A DNA stretch of 63,387 nt, filler included, from Rhabdomonas costata (lineage: Eukaryota), in assembly GCA_019059605.1 (NCBI GenBank). It is 46 parts of 46 records of this genome, joined end to end, with 100 filler letters (N's around TTAATTAATTAA, not from the genome) between each part and the next. Parts side by side here need not be neighbours in the genome. Positions count along the whole stretch, not along the records: positions 49,693 to 50,972 come from JAHMHO010020859.1; positions 51,073 to 52,350 come from JAHMHO010020860.1; positions 52,451 to 53,730 come from JAHMHO010020861.1; positions 53,831 to 55,110 come from JAHMHO010020862.1; positions 55,211 to 56,491 come from JAHMHO010020863.1; positions 56,592 to 57,869 come from JAHMHO010020864.1; positions 57,970 to 59,248 come from JAHMHO010020865.1; positions 59,349 to 60,627 come from JAHMHO010020866.1; 38 more parts are not named here. One strand, written 5' to 3'. The translations under genes were made by a program, and so were the position numbers. The notes under the pieces were generated by a model. That model was not told the DNA's origin and did no database searches. It saw only the letters and a list, made by a program, of their open reading frames with translations. Position 1 is the stretch's first letter; every line of letters begins with the position of its first letter. This document shows positions 49,693 through 61,720 of the stretch, piece by piece.

Positions 49693-50972
49693 GTGGGTGT
49701 TGTGGCTGGACCCTCAGCGAAAGGTTTACAGAGTGGAGGAGGTGAGCCAGCTTCCACAGTTCCAGAGGCGCTTGGAGCATTGCGGAAATTGCAGGAGAAA
49801 GATCCAGAGTTCCCAAAGTACGATGGAAACCCAGCTAATTTCCTACCGTGGCTTGTGTCGGTAGAAGAGCTGAAGGACTTTCGCAGGCTTCCAGATCAAG
49901 TTGCGATCATTTATGCCACAGGCGCCTTGGGTGCACATTCCAGAGGAATTGTTGCGCCAGGTCAAGTGTTTACAGACTGGAAAGAGTTTGTAGAGACGTT
50001 GAAGAGGCGGCTGTGTGCACAGACGTGGGACTACAATGTAGTGTGGAGGTTGGAGCAATTGAAGATTTCGGAGGGGAATTTCCAATTCTACCATCAGCAG
50101 TTTGTGACCGGGATGAATCTGTTGAAGGGGACGAAGTTTGACAACGAAACTCTTTTGCAGTATCTATTTGTCAGAGGTTTGGAAGGGGACATCCAGGCCA
50201 AAGTGATGGCGAAGAATCCACGGACCCTTACAGAGGCGATGGATAAGGCCTGGGAGTATTTCAGAAAGCCGAGACCCCTCCACAGGTGATTGTGGCGGTT
50301 CCAGAGGGCACTGTTTAGAGAGTAATCGCGGCGGGGGGTGCGGCAATGCATTTAGATGCCATACGTTATGGGTACACCCCTTTCTCGTGGAGTACGGTCT
50401 TTCTAACCTCTACAGATAGAAATGTCAGAAGTTCCCCTTCCACAGTTTCCAGAGGTATGGTTAACGTAAGTGCGGTGCAGAGAAGTGCAAATTTGTTCGA
50501 AATGGCGACACAGCCAACGTTAGCAGCCACAGTTCCGGCGAGTTCTGTAATGTTTTCCGCCCCTCCACAGCCACAATTTAATGCGACGCGTACGCCTTCT
50601 CCAGAGAGGAGGGTGACCCCAGATGAATCCAGAGGAATGTTGGCGTTCAGATGTCGAGGATAAGTGGGAAGAGGAGGACGATGTTACAGATCACCTTCAC
50701 CGTCTAGAAGCGGTAGACCCAGAATTCCCTCGTTCCAAGGAGGGGAAATGTCTCCCCGCCACGACCCCCAAGCCCGACTTCCACAGGGAGCAGGAAACAA
50801 TCACCTTTTCCGAGTTCAAGTTTGGAGAACGCGAAGCTGCAGGTCCCTTCAAGAGTGTGCATGTATTGTGGAAGTACGAGCCACTTTTATAGGGGTTGTG
50901 AATTGGCTAAAACAGAGTTGGTTCAGAGAAGTGTGCCGAAGAGGTCAGTTGGAGAATTTCAGAAGAGTGTAG
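49693..50972 (+). mobile_element. Ty3/gypsy LTR retrotransposon gag (disrupted) with CCHC zinc knuckle
   Basis: FPKYDG.P..F..W, DWKEFVETLKRR, FVRGLEGDIQAKVMAKNPRTLTEA, MHLDAI and CMYCGSTSHFYRGC (~50858-50899); intronless, with stops and frameshifts. Confidence 0.88.
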
Positions 50973-51117
50973 NNNNNNNNNNNNNNNNNNNNNNNNNNNN
51001 NNNNNNNNNNNNNNNNTTAATTAATTAANNNNNNNNNNNNNNNNNNNNNNNNNNNNNNNNNNNNNNNNNNNNGGTGTTTTGTCTGAGCTTTTGGGTGGTA
51101 CGGGGGTGGTGCCATAG

Positions 51118-52350
51118 GTGTGGGCCCGAGGGCAGGCCTGGGCGATGTACGGCTTCACGGCGTTGTTTGAGGCCACCGCGCAGCCGCGCTATCTCGAGGC
51201 CGCCGTCAAGGTCACGGAGTGGTACCTCAGCCATATCCCGTCAGACATGGTGCGTGCATCAAGCCTCCGCGATGATGTTAAAGAATTATCCCCACTTCTG
51301 GTTGGGGTGGGGCCAGAGTTGCCTTCAGCCTGTGGAGACCTGCGTGGTAGACCGTGATATGGATCGAGCCGATTTCGGTGCCTGACAGTATTCATACCAG
51401 TGTTTACCCTTCAGTGTGCGGAAAGGAGGGAAAGAAGTACCGGAGACTTCCACCGAAAAACTGTTTCAAAGCCGCCCGGTATCTGCGGATACGGCTGCGA
51501 GATGGATGAAGCGTGGCGAGCCTCTTACGTCGAGTGCTTACGTCGTTTGTGTGTGGGGTCGGAAGTGTGTCTGACTGGGCATTTAGGTGCCGTTCTGGGA
51601 CTTTGGAGCCCCACTGGGGCTGCAAAAGCGGGACACCTCCACCGCGGCCTGCGCCGCCTCTGCTCTGCTGGCGCTCGCCCCCCTCGTGGGGCCTGTGGCG
51701 GCCACCCGCTACCGTGAGAGGGTCGGCGCTGTTTTCTGCCTCTCCTCTCCCCTCCCTTTACGATCACCGGCAGGGCCCTGCCCAAGCTTGAAGCTTTCGA
51801 GGCTGGGTTTGACTTAGATTGGGGGTGCGGCTTCTGTGAATTTGACCTGGACCTGAGAAAGAGGGGGATGGGGGAGCTTTCTTGGGCTGATTTATTTATG
51901 GTACGGGTAGGGGGTATGTGTGCTCAGGCCAACGCCACCCTCCGCGCCTTAGCCGAGCGCTATCTCTGCAGCCGCACCGAGACCAACGCTATTCTGAAGG
52001 TACCACACACACACACAGACTATGTCTTGGTGCTTCTTCTGTGTTGATTTTGTCTTGATCGGGATCGTTTACTTTCACATTTCGCATTTCTCGAGTCCTT
52101 CAGCACTCCTCCCAACTCGTCCTTGTGAGCTCAACAGATGCTCAAGTGAGTTTGTGCGTGTCCGACCCTCGCGCTCGGAATCGGGTGTTCTGCCTTTGTG
52201 CACGTCCAGGACGCCGTCTCGGTGTTTCCAGCGCAGCACTCGATCATCTACGGGGACTACTTCTTCGTGGAGGCCCTGCTGCGGCTGCGCGGGGAGTTCC
52301 CCACCCCCTGGAGACGTCCCAGCCCCGCTGCGGCTGTCTCGGGCACCTCC
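51118..52350 (+). CDS. Glycoside hydrolase family 88 (unsaturated glucuronyl hydrolase-like); exons 51118-51249, 51587-51721, 51928-51999, 52210-end
   Basis: WARGQAWAMYGF, VPFWDF, RDTSTAACAASAL, IIYGDYFFVEAL; all junctions are phase-0 GT-AG. Confidence 0.93.
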
Positions 52351-52497
52351 NNNNNNNNNNNNNNNNNNNNNNNNNNNNNNNNNNNNNNNNNNNNTTAATT
52401 AATTAANNNNNNNNNNNNNNNNNNNNNNNNNNNNNNNNNNNNNNNNNNNNGTGTTGTGGTGGGTAATAAGAAGACCTTACTTTCATACCTTTGAAAG

Positions 52498-52645
52498 GTG
52501 GCGGCTGTGGCCAAAGCGTTGGTGAAGTCGCAGAAGCTGGTTTCTCTGTACCTCCAGCATGACCGGATGAGCCCGAGTGTGGAATCCTCCCTGCGCAACG
52601 CGGCACAACAGGCTCCGAACAAGGGCTTGCAGCTTTACTTTGGTG
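52498..52645 (+). CDS. Possible LRR (RI-like) protein exon
   Basis: VAAVAKALVKSQKLVSLYLQHDRM resembles an RI-type LRR unit; short. Confidence 0.35.
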
Positions 52646-55600
52646 TGTTTTATGCAAATCTCTTCAGGGCTGTGACAAAAAACCTGGTTGGGAATAATTA
52701 CTGGCTTGAAATGAGAAAACCAGGTTGTTGTTGTTTTGCTGTACTCGAATAAGCGGGTTTTAAAACCAGGTTTTTCTTACAGCCCAGAAGGTCCTCCCTG
52801 GGGCGTGGAACTTTGATGGTGAAAGTTTCACCTTCTTCTGACTTTTTGTCAGAGTACGCAGAAGTCTTTCGGAAGCCCACCCCGCGCCCATCCACGGAGC
52901 AACCTGCCGATCGCAGCTCTGTGATCTCCGCTTCCGGTTTTCCTTGGCCCGTTCTGTATTTGGAACTTTTTCTGTCTTGAGCAGTGGTAAGTTTGCGAGC
53001 TCTTCGGAGGCATGTTTTACGTTTGCGACAATTTTTGGGCGTACGTGTGTTTGTGTGGATTGACGAAAAGTGAGTGAGATAACAGCTGAAGGAAAATAAC
53101 GTCCCGGAAACGGGTGGTAGAAGGTGTGAAAACCTCCTTCGCTCATCCACTGGGTTTTCCCGGGATCCCGACAGCCGTATTCACTTGATATGGGTGTAGC
53201 TGCCGCTTGGGCTTGGGAGTTGTTTTGGGATGTTATTTTGGGATTTTGTGTGCCCCAGGTGTTGGTGAGTCGCAGTCTTCTGCTATTCTGGCGTCGGAGG
53301 ATGACTACCCCTCCTCGGCGTTTCGTTCGGCCTCTTCGGTGACACGGACGCCAACCTCCATCCTTCCAGGCACGCAAACCTTGCTTACCGGGAGTGCCCT
53401 TTTACTGCTTCCCCGCAGGCTCGCAACCTTTGTGTTACAGTAGGGTAGCACAAAGCTCAATGTGACCCCCCAAAAAGTTCGATTTAATTCCTTGTCGCCC
53501 AGAACCAAGTTCCGTGTATTTCTTTTCGGTCGGAGGGCAGAGGTCAAACCCCCTTAACTTCAAGGTTCTGAAGAGTTGCGCAAGTTTTCGAAACCCCAAA
53601 ACCTCAACTTATAAGGTCAATCCGACAAAAAAAGATCAAATTTCAGCGCAACCCTCATTAGATTGTCCTTTCTCGATGAACGGACGCTGGCCTTGTGTTT
53701 TGTGCACCGCAACTGTGTTGCCACAAAACCNNNNNNNNNNNNNNNNNNNNNNNNNNNNNNNNNNNNNNNNNNNNTTAATTAATTAANNNNNNNNNNNNNN
53801 NNNNNNNNNNNNNNNNNNNNNNNNNNNNNNGGTTTGTGTGAAACCTCTGGAAACTAGTCTGGAAACACCTTGATGTCCTGGCTGTCTTCCTCTGGAATGA
53901 GGAACACCTTGGTGAACCGGACAGCTACACTATTGCTTTCCTTTTCCAAGCTCTTTTCAGACTCTTTGCCATTGTTTACATCAACGTCTTGCCCTTCTTC
54001 CAAAGTGTGTGTTTTTGTTTCCTTGTAACGCTTTTACTTTGATTGGTACATGAGACTCGAACGCAACGAGAGTCGAATGTTAACCTTCAACGTGATCGAA
54101 TGAAAGGTGCAGATGAGAAGCTGAGCGGAGCACGAGCGCAGGCACGACGTCGGAGCAAGGAACTAACTCAGTGAGTGAAGCAGTGTCACACTCCAACAAT
54201 ATTGCGGGAACACTTACGTGCTCCTACCTCTGGAGCTGGTGACGCATCTGGATCCTGCTCGCGTTGGACTATATCACGACCTTGCTTGCACAAGGTGGGC
54301 GCTGCCTTGACTTACCTAGGTGACTCTCACCTAGACCGTGGCTTCCCTTCTTCACTTCCAGTGGGTCGCTGTGAATCTTCTTTCATCGAGTTTCGCCTTT
54401 CTGAAATGGTAGGGGCGCCTACCACTTGCCTTCACAAATACGGTTTGGAATCTGGAAACCTTTTTTGGCACAGCTTCTGCAAATTACGGGTGGGGTAAGA
54501 TGCACGTGTGGCTCCTGGGCTGGGGGCTGTTCTTCACACACGTGGGGTCGAACTGTCGGGCCTTCGGGCTCACACCTTCTGGGTTTTTTGGAGTGGTTCC
54601 GCTGGGCGGGTCTCGCCGCTCATGCCTGTCCCCGATATACCAACCAAAGCGAATGATGTGGAAGTGGCACACGACTACACACACCCTGTACTGTGTAACA
54701 GTTCAGAGTTCCCACCCCTCACGCTCTGCAAACCCACCGCCCTCGGTACCCTCTGCAAGGCCCTCCTGGTCTCCGCTCGGCTTTGGCCTGCGGCTCTGCT
54801 GTGGTTCTTTTAGGGCACCCCTGTAACAACAAAAAGCGAAAAGCAACGAGAAAAACACTCTGGAAACAAACGACATGACGACGTTTTGGATTTCTTCAAC
54901 ACCTAACGTAAAATTTGAAATCCTAGAAAAAAGAAGGGACCAGAACCTTTCAAACTGCCCCTGTGTAACACACCACACTGTCCGTCTTCTCCGCCTGCAT
55001 CCGCTGAGGCCTTGTCTGTGAAAATCCTCTGAAATCTCGGCCTCCTCGTCTCTTTCACCTGTGAAAACTCTGGAAAACGCTGTGGATGCATCCTTCTTAC
55101 TCTGAAAAACNNNNNNNNNNNNNNNNNNNNNNNNNNNNNNNNNNNNNNNNNNNNTTAATTAATTAANNNNNNNNNNNNNNNNNNNNNNNNNNNNNNNNNN
55201 NNNNNNNNNNGGTTCATATTCATTCCAAAATGGCATACCTGCGTCATGATCATTTCGAAAACACCCAAGAGAGAGAGACAGTGCACACCCGTCCACATAC
55301 ACATACACACAAATCAGCTGTTGGTACACTCGTGCGCTGCCAACAGCTGGTCTGTAAGGTCTAGCACGAAGTTTTGCTTTTTTTTTTTTGACCGGCCAGC
55401 AAGGCCCTGCGGGTCATAGGAAGGCAGAAAAAGCAACGCAGAATCAACCAAAAACGAACACTGCCATGTGGGGGGGGGGATGCGCGAGGGATGCCGGAAA
55501 CAGGTTACCCTCAGTGTCTGCGAAGCAACCCCCTGGCCAAAAGCCCAGGCTCAGTGTGCACTCTTGCAACGGGCTCAAAAAGTTCCCCCGCGGCCCTTAA

Positions 55601-55914
55601 AAATGTGGCGTGGTCGAAAAGGAATTGAATGGCTCGGATTGTATCACGGAACCTGGCAGGCGTGGAGACACAGCCAGCAGCCGAAGCCGCCCGGTTTTGG
55701 TTATGTACGAGCGAAAGCCCCACCACTGGCTCAAGACTCCGCTTACGCAGCGGTTGAGTGCTAAAGGCAAGGTCATTGATGGAGTCATCATCTGCACATC
55801 AGCCAGGCGCTCTACACACGTGGAAATACACATGCACACATATAATAAAATCGGTCACGGAAACACAGAACAACGTCTTGTACTTTCTTTCTGCTGGGGT
55901 TGGGGTGCCTTCAA

Positions 55915-56241
55915 AGATGGCCTTCGACAGCACGGGCAACCGCCTGGGCACCACCAGTGAGCTGCTGATGCAGCACGTGGACTACGCCCCCAAGACCCCA
56001 GTGATCCTCACTCGCACAGTGGGCCGTGTGCTGTACGGTAGCGCACTCTCGGCACCCTCCCTGGAGATCGTGCTGGAGGGTACTACGCTCAGTGCGCTGT
56101 GGCAGGCCCTCGCAGCGCAGCTCGGCGGGGCCCCCGCGGGCCAGGCCGGGCCCAAGAACGCACAAACCGTGGTGGAGATGGAGGAGGAAGCCCTGCTGTG
56201 GGGGGAGGCCCGGCTGCCCCCCTGGCTGTGGGCCCTTCTCG
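55915..56241 (+). CDS. Exon of an unknown protein
   Basis: GC3-rich open frame MAFDSTGNRLGTTSELLMQHVDYAPK...PPWLWALL ending at a GT donor. Confidence 0.55.
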
Positions 56242-56599
56242 GTATGCGTGATGGGGTGTTTTTCGAGGTTGGGGGTTCTGCATGGTTGGATGCGGAGCAC
56301 TTGAAATATGGTCCGGACCATGTCAAAAGTGAGAGGCGAGAAACTACAGCATATTTCACCTTCACATTTGGAAACATTGCAACAGTCCCCCAAAAATGTG
56401 ATAGAACTTTCTTGCTTCCTACTCACAAGAAACAGCTCCGCTGCCAAGTTTTACAGAAGTGAGTTTTCAGTATCCTTAAAACCCCACACCCNNNNNNNNN
56501 NNNNNNNNNNNNNNNNNNNNNNNNNNNNNNNNNNNTTAATTAATTAANNNNNNNNNNNNNNNNNNNNNNNNNNNNNNNNNNNNNNNNNNNNGGGGGGTT

Positions 56600-57145
56600 G
56601 GTGGGCCAACTCCCCTGTTCTCTCCCGATGGCGTGCTGTGGTCAACACAAGGGGTCCAGCAAGGTGATCCTCTCGGCCCTGCCCTGTTTTCGCTAGGCAT
56701 CCACGACATCGTGGAAGAAATTCAACCGTTGGTTCGTTGGGAAGGGTTTTACTTGGACGATGGTCACTTGATTGGGTCGGAAAAGCAAGTTTCTGTGGCC
56801 CTTGATCATCTTGTTTCACGTGCCAACTCGGTGGGGGTGTCTTTGAACCCGCAAAAGTGTGTCGTCTGGGGTCCCGTGGAGGAAGTTTCCTCCCCCCTCC
56901 TGGAGACATTTTGGCAGGTTTCGTTTGGGACTGTGCATCCTGGGCTCTTTCGTGAGTCCTTCACAGGCCTCGGAGAGTACGCGGCAAAGCTCACTGAGAA
57001 GCTTCATTATTACACCGAGCGTTTGTTGGCTCGGGATTGCCCTCAAGTAGCCCTCCAGCTTCTACGCAGTTGCCTTGGATCATGCAAGGTCGTTTATGCG
57101 TCCAGGACGATTCCTCCGGCGATGATGCAGCCCGATTGCGCAAAA
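56600..57145 (+). mobile_element. Non-LTR retrotransposon reverse transcriptase, CRE/SLACS-like, truncated
   Basis: GVQQGDPLGPALF, YLDDG, GVSLNPQKC, QVALQLLRSCLGSCKVVYASRT. Confidence 0.9.
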
Positions 57146-57329
57146 ATAAAGAGAAAAGAGGTCTCCCTCAGGCGACCCCCACTTGGCCGCACAAAGAGCC
57201 GGTATGGGTGGGGGATCGAAAAAACTATTACACTCAGTAATGACCGAGATACGACCGAAAATGGTCGAGCAATTAACTTGAATACAACAACTTAAATCCA
57301 TTCCCAATTTGATTGCTTAATTCCCGTTC

Positions 57330-57680
57330 AAACCTCCACTTTCCAAATTGAAATGGATGGAAATAAGGTGCAAAAAAACTGAACATTGCCTTTCCCATTG
57401 CAATGGATTCTTGTTCAAGGCGTCGTCGATAATCTCCTTCCAACACTGTTGTGATGAGCGTAATGAAAGCAGAGCAGTTGACTGGTTTGTCGCCTTCATT
57501 CAAATTCCGAACAAGTTTAATTTTTAAACAGTTTGTAGTTTTCTGTTGGGTGATTTTCTTTATGAAAATAGCAACTCCTTCTCCAGTACTCAAATTAGGG
57601 ATGGGGTGATTCTTGTATTTTGGATTTGATATCCGAAAATTTCTTGTGCTTCGAGTAGGTCGACCACATCTTACATGTCA
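57330..57680 (-). mobile_element. Decayed APE-type endonuclease of a LINE
   Basis: AT-rich stretch with DVVDLLE..FGY, GEGVAIFIKK and VLEGDY (GDFN-like) in broken frames. Confidence 0.4.
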
Positions 57681-58095
57681 GGGTGTCACCCCAAGTACAC
57701 CCAAGTACACACCAAGTAAAGCAGGTGGTGCATTGCTCACAGAACTGTTATGATGCAGCGCGTTACCCTCTTCTTTGCGTTTTTGTTGTGTTTCTTCCGG
57801 ATGCCTTTCATGGTAGTGTGATGGTAATGCTCATGGACCCGTCCCTCACACAACCCTGCCACCACACAANNNNNNNNNNNNNNNNNNNNNNNNNNNNNNN
57901 NNNNNNNNNNNNNTTAATTAATTAANNNNNNNNNNNNNNNNNNNNNNNNNNNNNNNNNNNNNNNNNNNNTCTCTGCATATTAACAGATTCACAGATTGGG
58001 TTTACTCCTTTTCATCAAGGATGAGAGAGCTCGACAAAATTGAGGGCCAGAGCATCCCATTCTAACTGGACGTCGGGAAAAGGAGAGAAGCTCAC

Positions 58096-58944
58096 AGCAA
58101 CCGCTGCGAGGTCGTTGTCCCGGGTTGCGGGGATGAGGTTGCGCTGGGCCTCCAGGAGCTGCTTCCCGGCCCGGGCAGTGGCCTCCTGGGCCTGGGCCTC
58201 GGTGAGCTCGACCAGTTCGTAAATGTCAATGCTGCGCATGTCGCGGCCCCCGAAGCGCTCCCCGATGAACCCCTTGGCCTCCTCCCCAAGCTTCGTCTTC
58301 ACCTCAAAGAAGCTGTTGTAGGTGTACAGTACCTCCTGAAAACAGAAGGAAAGAATGGCTACACAGAAGCGCAGAGAACAATGGCCAAGGTGCAAGAGGC
58401 ATGCTCACCTGTATGATAGAAATCAGCCGTGACCGAATCAAATCCCTGAATCAAACCGGTGCACAACTATACCTCCATCACAGTGCATGCAGGAATGTGC
58501 AGCACGAGAACGTTTGAGCTAAGGGACGTACAGAGCAAGGTCGAGCAAAGTATCTGGGAAAAAACTTCAACCTTTACAAGCATAGCAGAAGCAACCGAAA
58601 ACTCTCCGCTTAAGGAGGATGAGGTACGAAGTCAAATACGGACATACTGGTACCGTGTGACAGGGGGAACCCTTGGCTGACGATGCCCTGAAACGCAAAC
58701 TTGTTTATCAGAGCGCAAGGGTCCATCCCTTGTGAAGTCATCACCAGAGGAAGAAAAGAGTTTGCTGGATTTCCCGGAAGTGAATCCAAAGGATTGGACA
58801 GTAAAAAGGAAAAGTGGTGTCCACCTCCTCGTCGGGGAAGGCCGAGAAGACGGAGATGTACTTGGCTTGGCACAGATCCCCGGGCAAAGGAGTGATGATG
58901 AAAAGCGAGCTCTGCCCGCTCTGCGCAATGAACTCATTGGCCAC
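58096..58944 (-). CDS. Mono-ADP-ribosyltransferase (R-S-E clade) domain (exons 58944-58825, 58335-58096)
   Basis: VANEF...SSLFII...KYISVFSAFPDEE|EVLYTYNSFFEV, the IS.FS.FP.E.EVL...F.V signature, split by a phase-0 GT-AG intron. Confidence 0.85.
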
Positions 58945-60727
58945 CTGACAAGTCCGGCCGCATACCCACATTGCGCAAAGCAAAAACGAAATAATCCTGT
59001 CGTTTCTCACTGAAAATGACCTCAATTTTCGTTAGGCGATGTCACGCCACTATATTTAGGCTCGGGTTGACCCAACATCCCCGCATTGGAAACGTATGCC
59101 ACTGCTGGCACTTACACCAAGATGAGTAACGAGGGTGCACTCAAAGCTGGTACTGGTCAGAAGGAAAAGGAAGAAATAGAAACCAAAGCAGAGGGAATCG
59201 TGGGCCACACACACACAAACACACACTTTGTGCACTTGGCCAGGACGANNNNNNNNNNNNNNNNNNNNNNNNNNNNNNNNNNNNNNNNNNNNTTAATTAA
59301 TTAANNNNNNNNNNNNNNNNNNNNNNNNNNNNNNNNNNNNNNNNNNNNGTGGTTTTGTCTCAAGGGCCGGACGATGAGGTTTTTCTTTCTGGAGGCATTT
59401 GAGTGAGGAAACGCAGCCGAGAATTTGTGTGCGCGTGTATTTTCGAGCAATGGTAAGGTTGGAAAATGTTAGGTTCTTCAGGAGCTTATTGTTTTCTGGT
59501 GACCCTGCAGCATATGTTTTCTATTTGGCAGTGCTGAGTTTACGCGATTTGCCCTACACGGAGCGTGTCGTTTCAAGATGAGCGGATGTGCTGGAGCTCG
59601 CAACGATGGCGAATAGATTGTGAATGTGCTTGTGCAGGCATGCTTCTGCTAGTGTGGCGTTTCCCCCCATTGGCAGTATATTACCTTTTTGGATGGGGAC
59701 TGAGCTACCGCTTCCCCTTACAACGTTTGATTTTCTGTGATGGTTTCCTGCTAGTCCAGAGGCGCGTTGGAGCAGGCGACGTGTTCTTGTTCTGCGGGAG
59801 GCAATGCCGGGAACCCAGCATTCCTCCATCCTCCCGCCCTCCCCCATTTCTGTGCGGTCACTGTCCCGTCTCCAGCCGAAGCTTTGGTTGGGGTGAGGAC
59901 CACTAATAACCGTTACCAGTGGTAAAATATAGCAGACTCTTAATAAATTAACCGGAAAAGAGGTCAAATAAGCATGTGAGTACCTTCGGGATAACGCTTT
60001 TTTTAACTTTGCCAGCGCTCTCTTTTTTGAGTGCGTTTGCCTAGCAGCTAAGTACTGCCGGCTGAGGACTAGTCGATCGAAGGGTGGGATTCGAGATGAC
60101 GAATAGGACAGCATTAGTTTCGGTGCGACGTCCAGTTCGGGCCGCGGAGTGGCCGCAGCTGGCGGCTTGGGCCGGAGGCGTCTTACGACGTTTTGAAATA
60201 CTTCCTGGGCCAAAGCCAGTCCGCGTACCGGCCGGAACCTGGTAATGGGGGAAAAATACCACCCCTCCCGCAAACCTGATGTTCACTTAAACCTCTCTCT
60301 GCTGCAGTGTTTTCTAATGGGTCACTTTGTTGGAGCCGTATTCCAGACCACTTCTGATGGAGTGGGGGCGAGCACTGCCATGAGCATGAAAATGCAGTTT
60401 CCCCAGAACAGGAGGCGTGTTCCATCAATGAGTTTGATGCGGGCTTTGCACTGCGAATTAACGTTAAATCTCTCCCCTCTCCGAACCATATATGCACTTA
60501 AATCTTTCCCCCTTTTCCTGGTTTCTTATGGGTCTGCTTCTCTTTCCCTTCTTGTTGGGTGCAAGCAATTATTTTCACTCCCCACTCCGCACTTGTGCTG
60601 CCGTTCTGCAGGGCAGTGGTATGCAGGNNNNNNNNNNNNNNNNNNNNNNNNNNNNNNNNNNNNNNNNNNNNTTAATTAATTAANNNNNNNNNNNNNNNNN
60701 NNNNNNNNNNNNNNNNNNNNNNNNNNN

Positions 60728-61720
60728 CCTTCACCTCATGGGAACAGTTCACAGACATGCTAAAGGCGCACTACCTAACAAAGCACTACCATTACCAAAT
60801 CATCTACGAGCTAACGCACAATGTTAATATGTACAACGGAGATTACCCTGCTTACCAAGCTAAGTTCAAAACATACGTGGATGCCCTACCGGAACGCTTC
60901 CGTACACCCAACTTGATTTTTGATTTCATGCAAGGCATGGAGTCCTGGCTCGCTCATAAAGTTGCCAAGAAGAACCCGTCACCATTGAAGGCGCTTACGA
61001 GATTGGATGGGATATTTTCAGGGAGCCAAGACCAGCCCCAGAGTCACCTACGTGTGTCAGCCTACAGCCGCCCCCCTTCAGTCTGCGTTCACATCAGTGA
61101 AACCACCAACTCTAATGCCTGCAGTCCCAGCTACTGGGCCACCTCCAATGGAGTTGGACGCCGTGAAGTTTTCCCCCTGTACCAGCGGCCATGGTCTGTT
61201 TTCCATGCAGTCACACGCCACCCATGGACTTGGAGCCTGTTTGGCTCTCTCGACTGCTGCTTTTCCATCTAACGGAGCAACACCAATGCCAAACGTTGCA
61301 GTTTCCAGCAGTTCCCGACATTGGGACGAGCGCCCTTCCGAACGCCGCCCCATGAGTCCCAACAGGGGCCGTGACAGAAGAGAGTCCCCCTACCGCGGAA
61401 AAGATCGAGATGATCGGAGCCCGCGCCGAGACGCGCGCGACTCCACACGAAACGTTTACGAACGAGGCCGCTATCAGGACAGAGAAAGAAGGGACTCACC
61501 TCGAGACAGAGGGGACCGACGTCCGCCCGCCCGAGACGAAGGTTACTAGCGGAGCAGCCAGAGTCCACCGTCTCACGCCCGCCGAGACAACAAACCCGTC
61601 TCACCAAGATCCGCAGGACGACCACCAACCCCCAAAATGGTACCCCCGCATGATCTTACCTGTCACTACTGTGGCCAAGTTGGGAACTTCATCAGAGAAT
61701 GTCCCCAGCGGAAGACCGAG
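60728..61720 (+). mobile_element. Second Ty3/gypsy gag (frameshifted) with a degenerate zinc knuckle
   Basis: SWEQFTDMLKAHY, FMQGME...KVAKKNP, PMELDAV, an R/D-rich linker, and CHYCGQVGNFIREC (~61660-61705). Confidence 0.8.

Noticed and set aside
11791-53872. Shared tctggaaac...tctggaaacacc motif at ~11791 and ~53847
   Set aside because: Too short, and the flanks do not align; it could be chance or a tiny repeat fragment.
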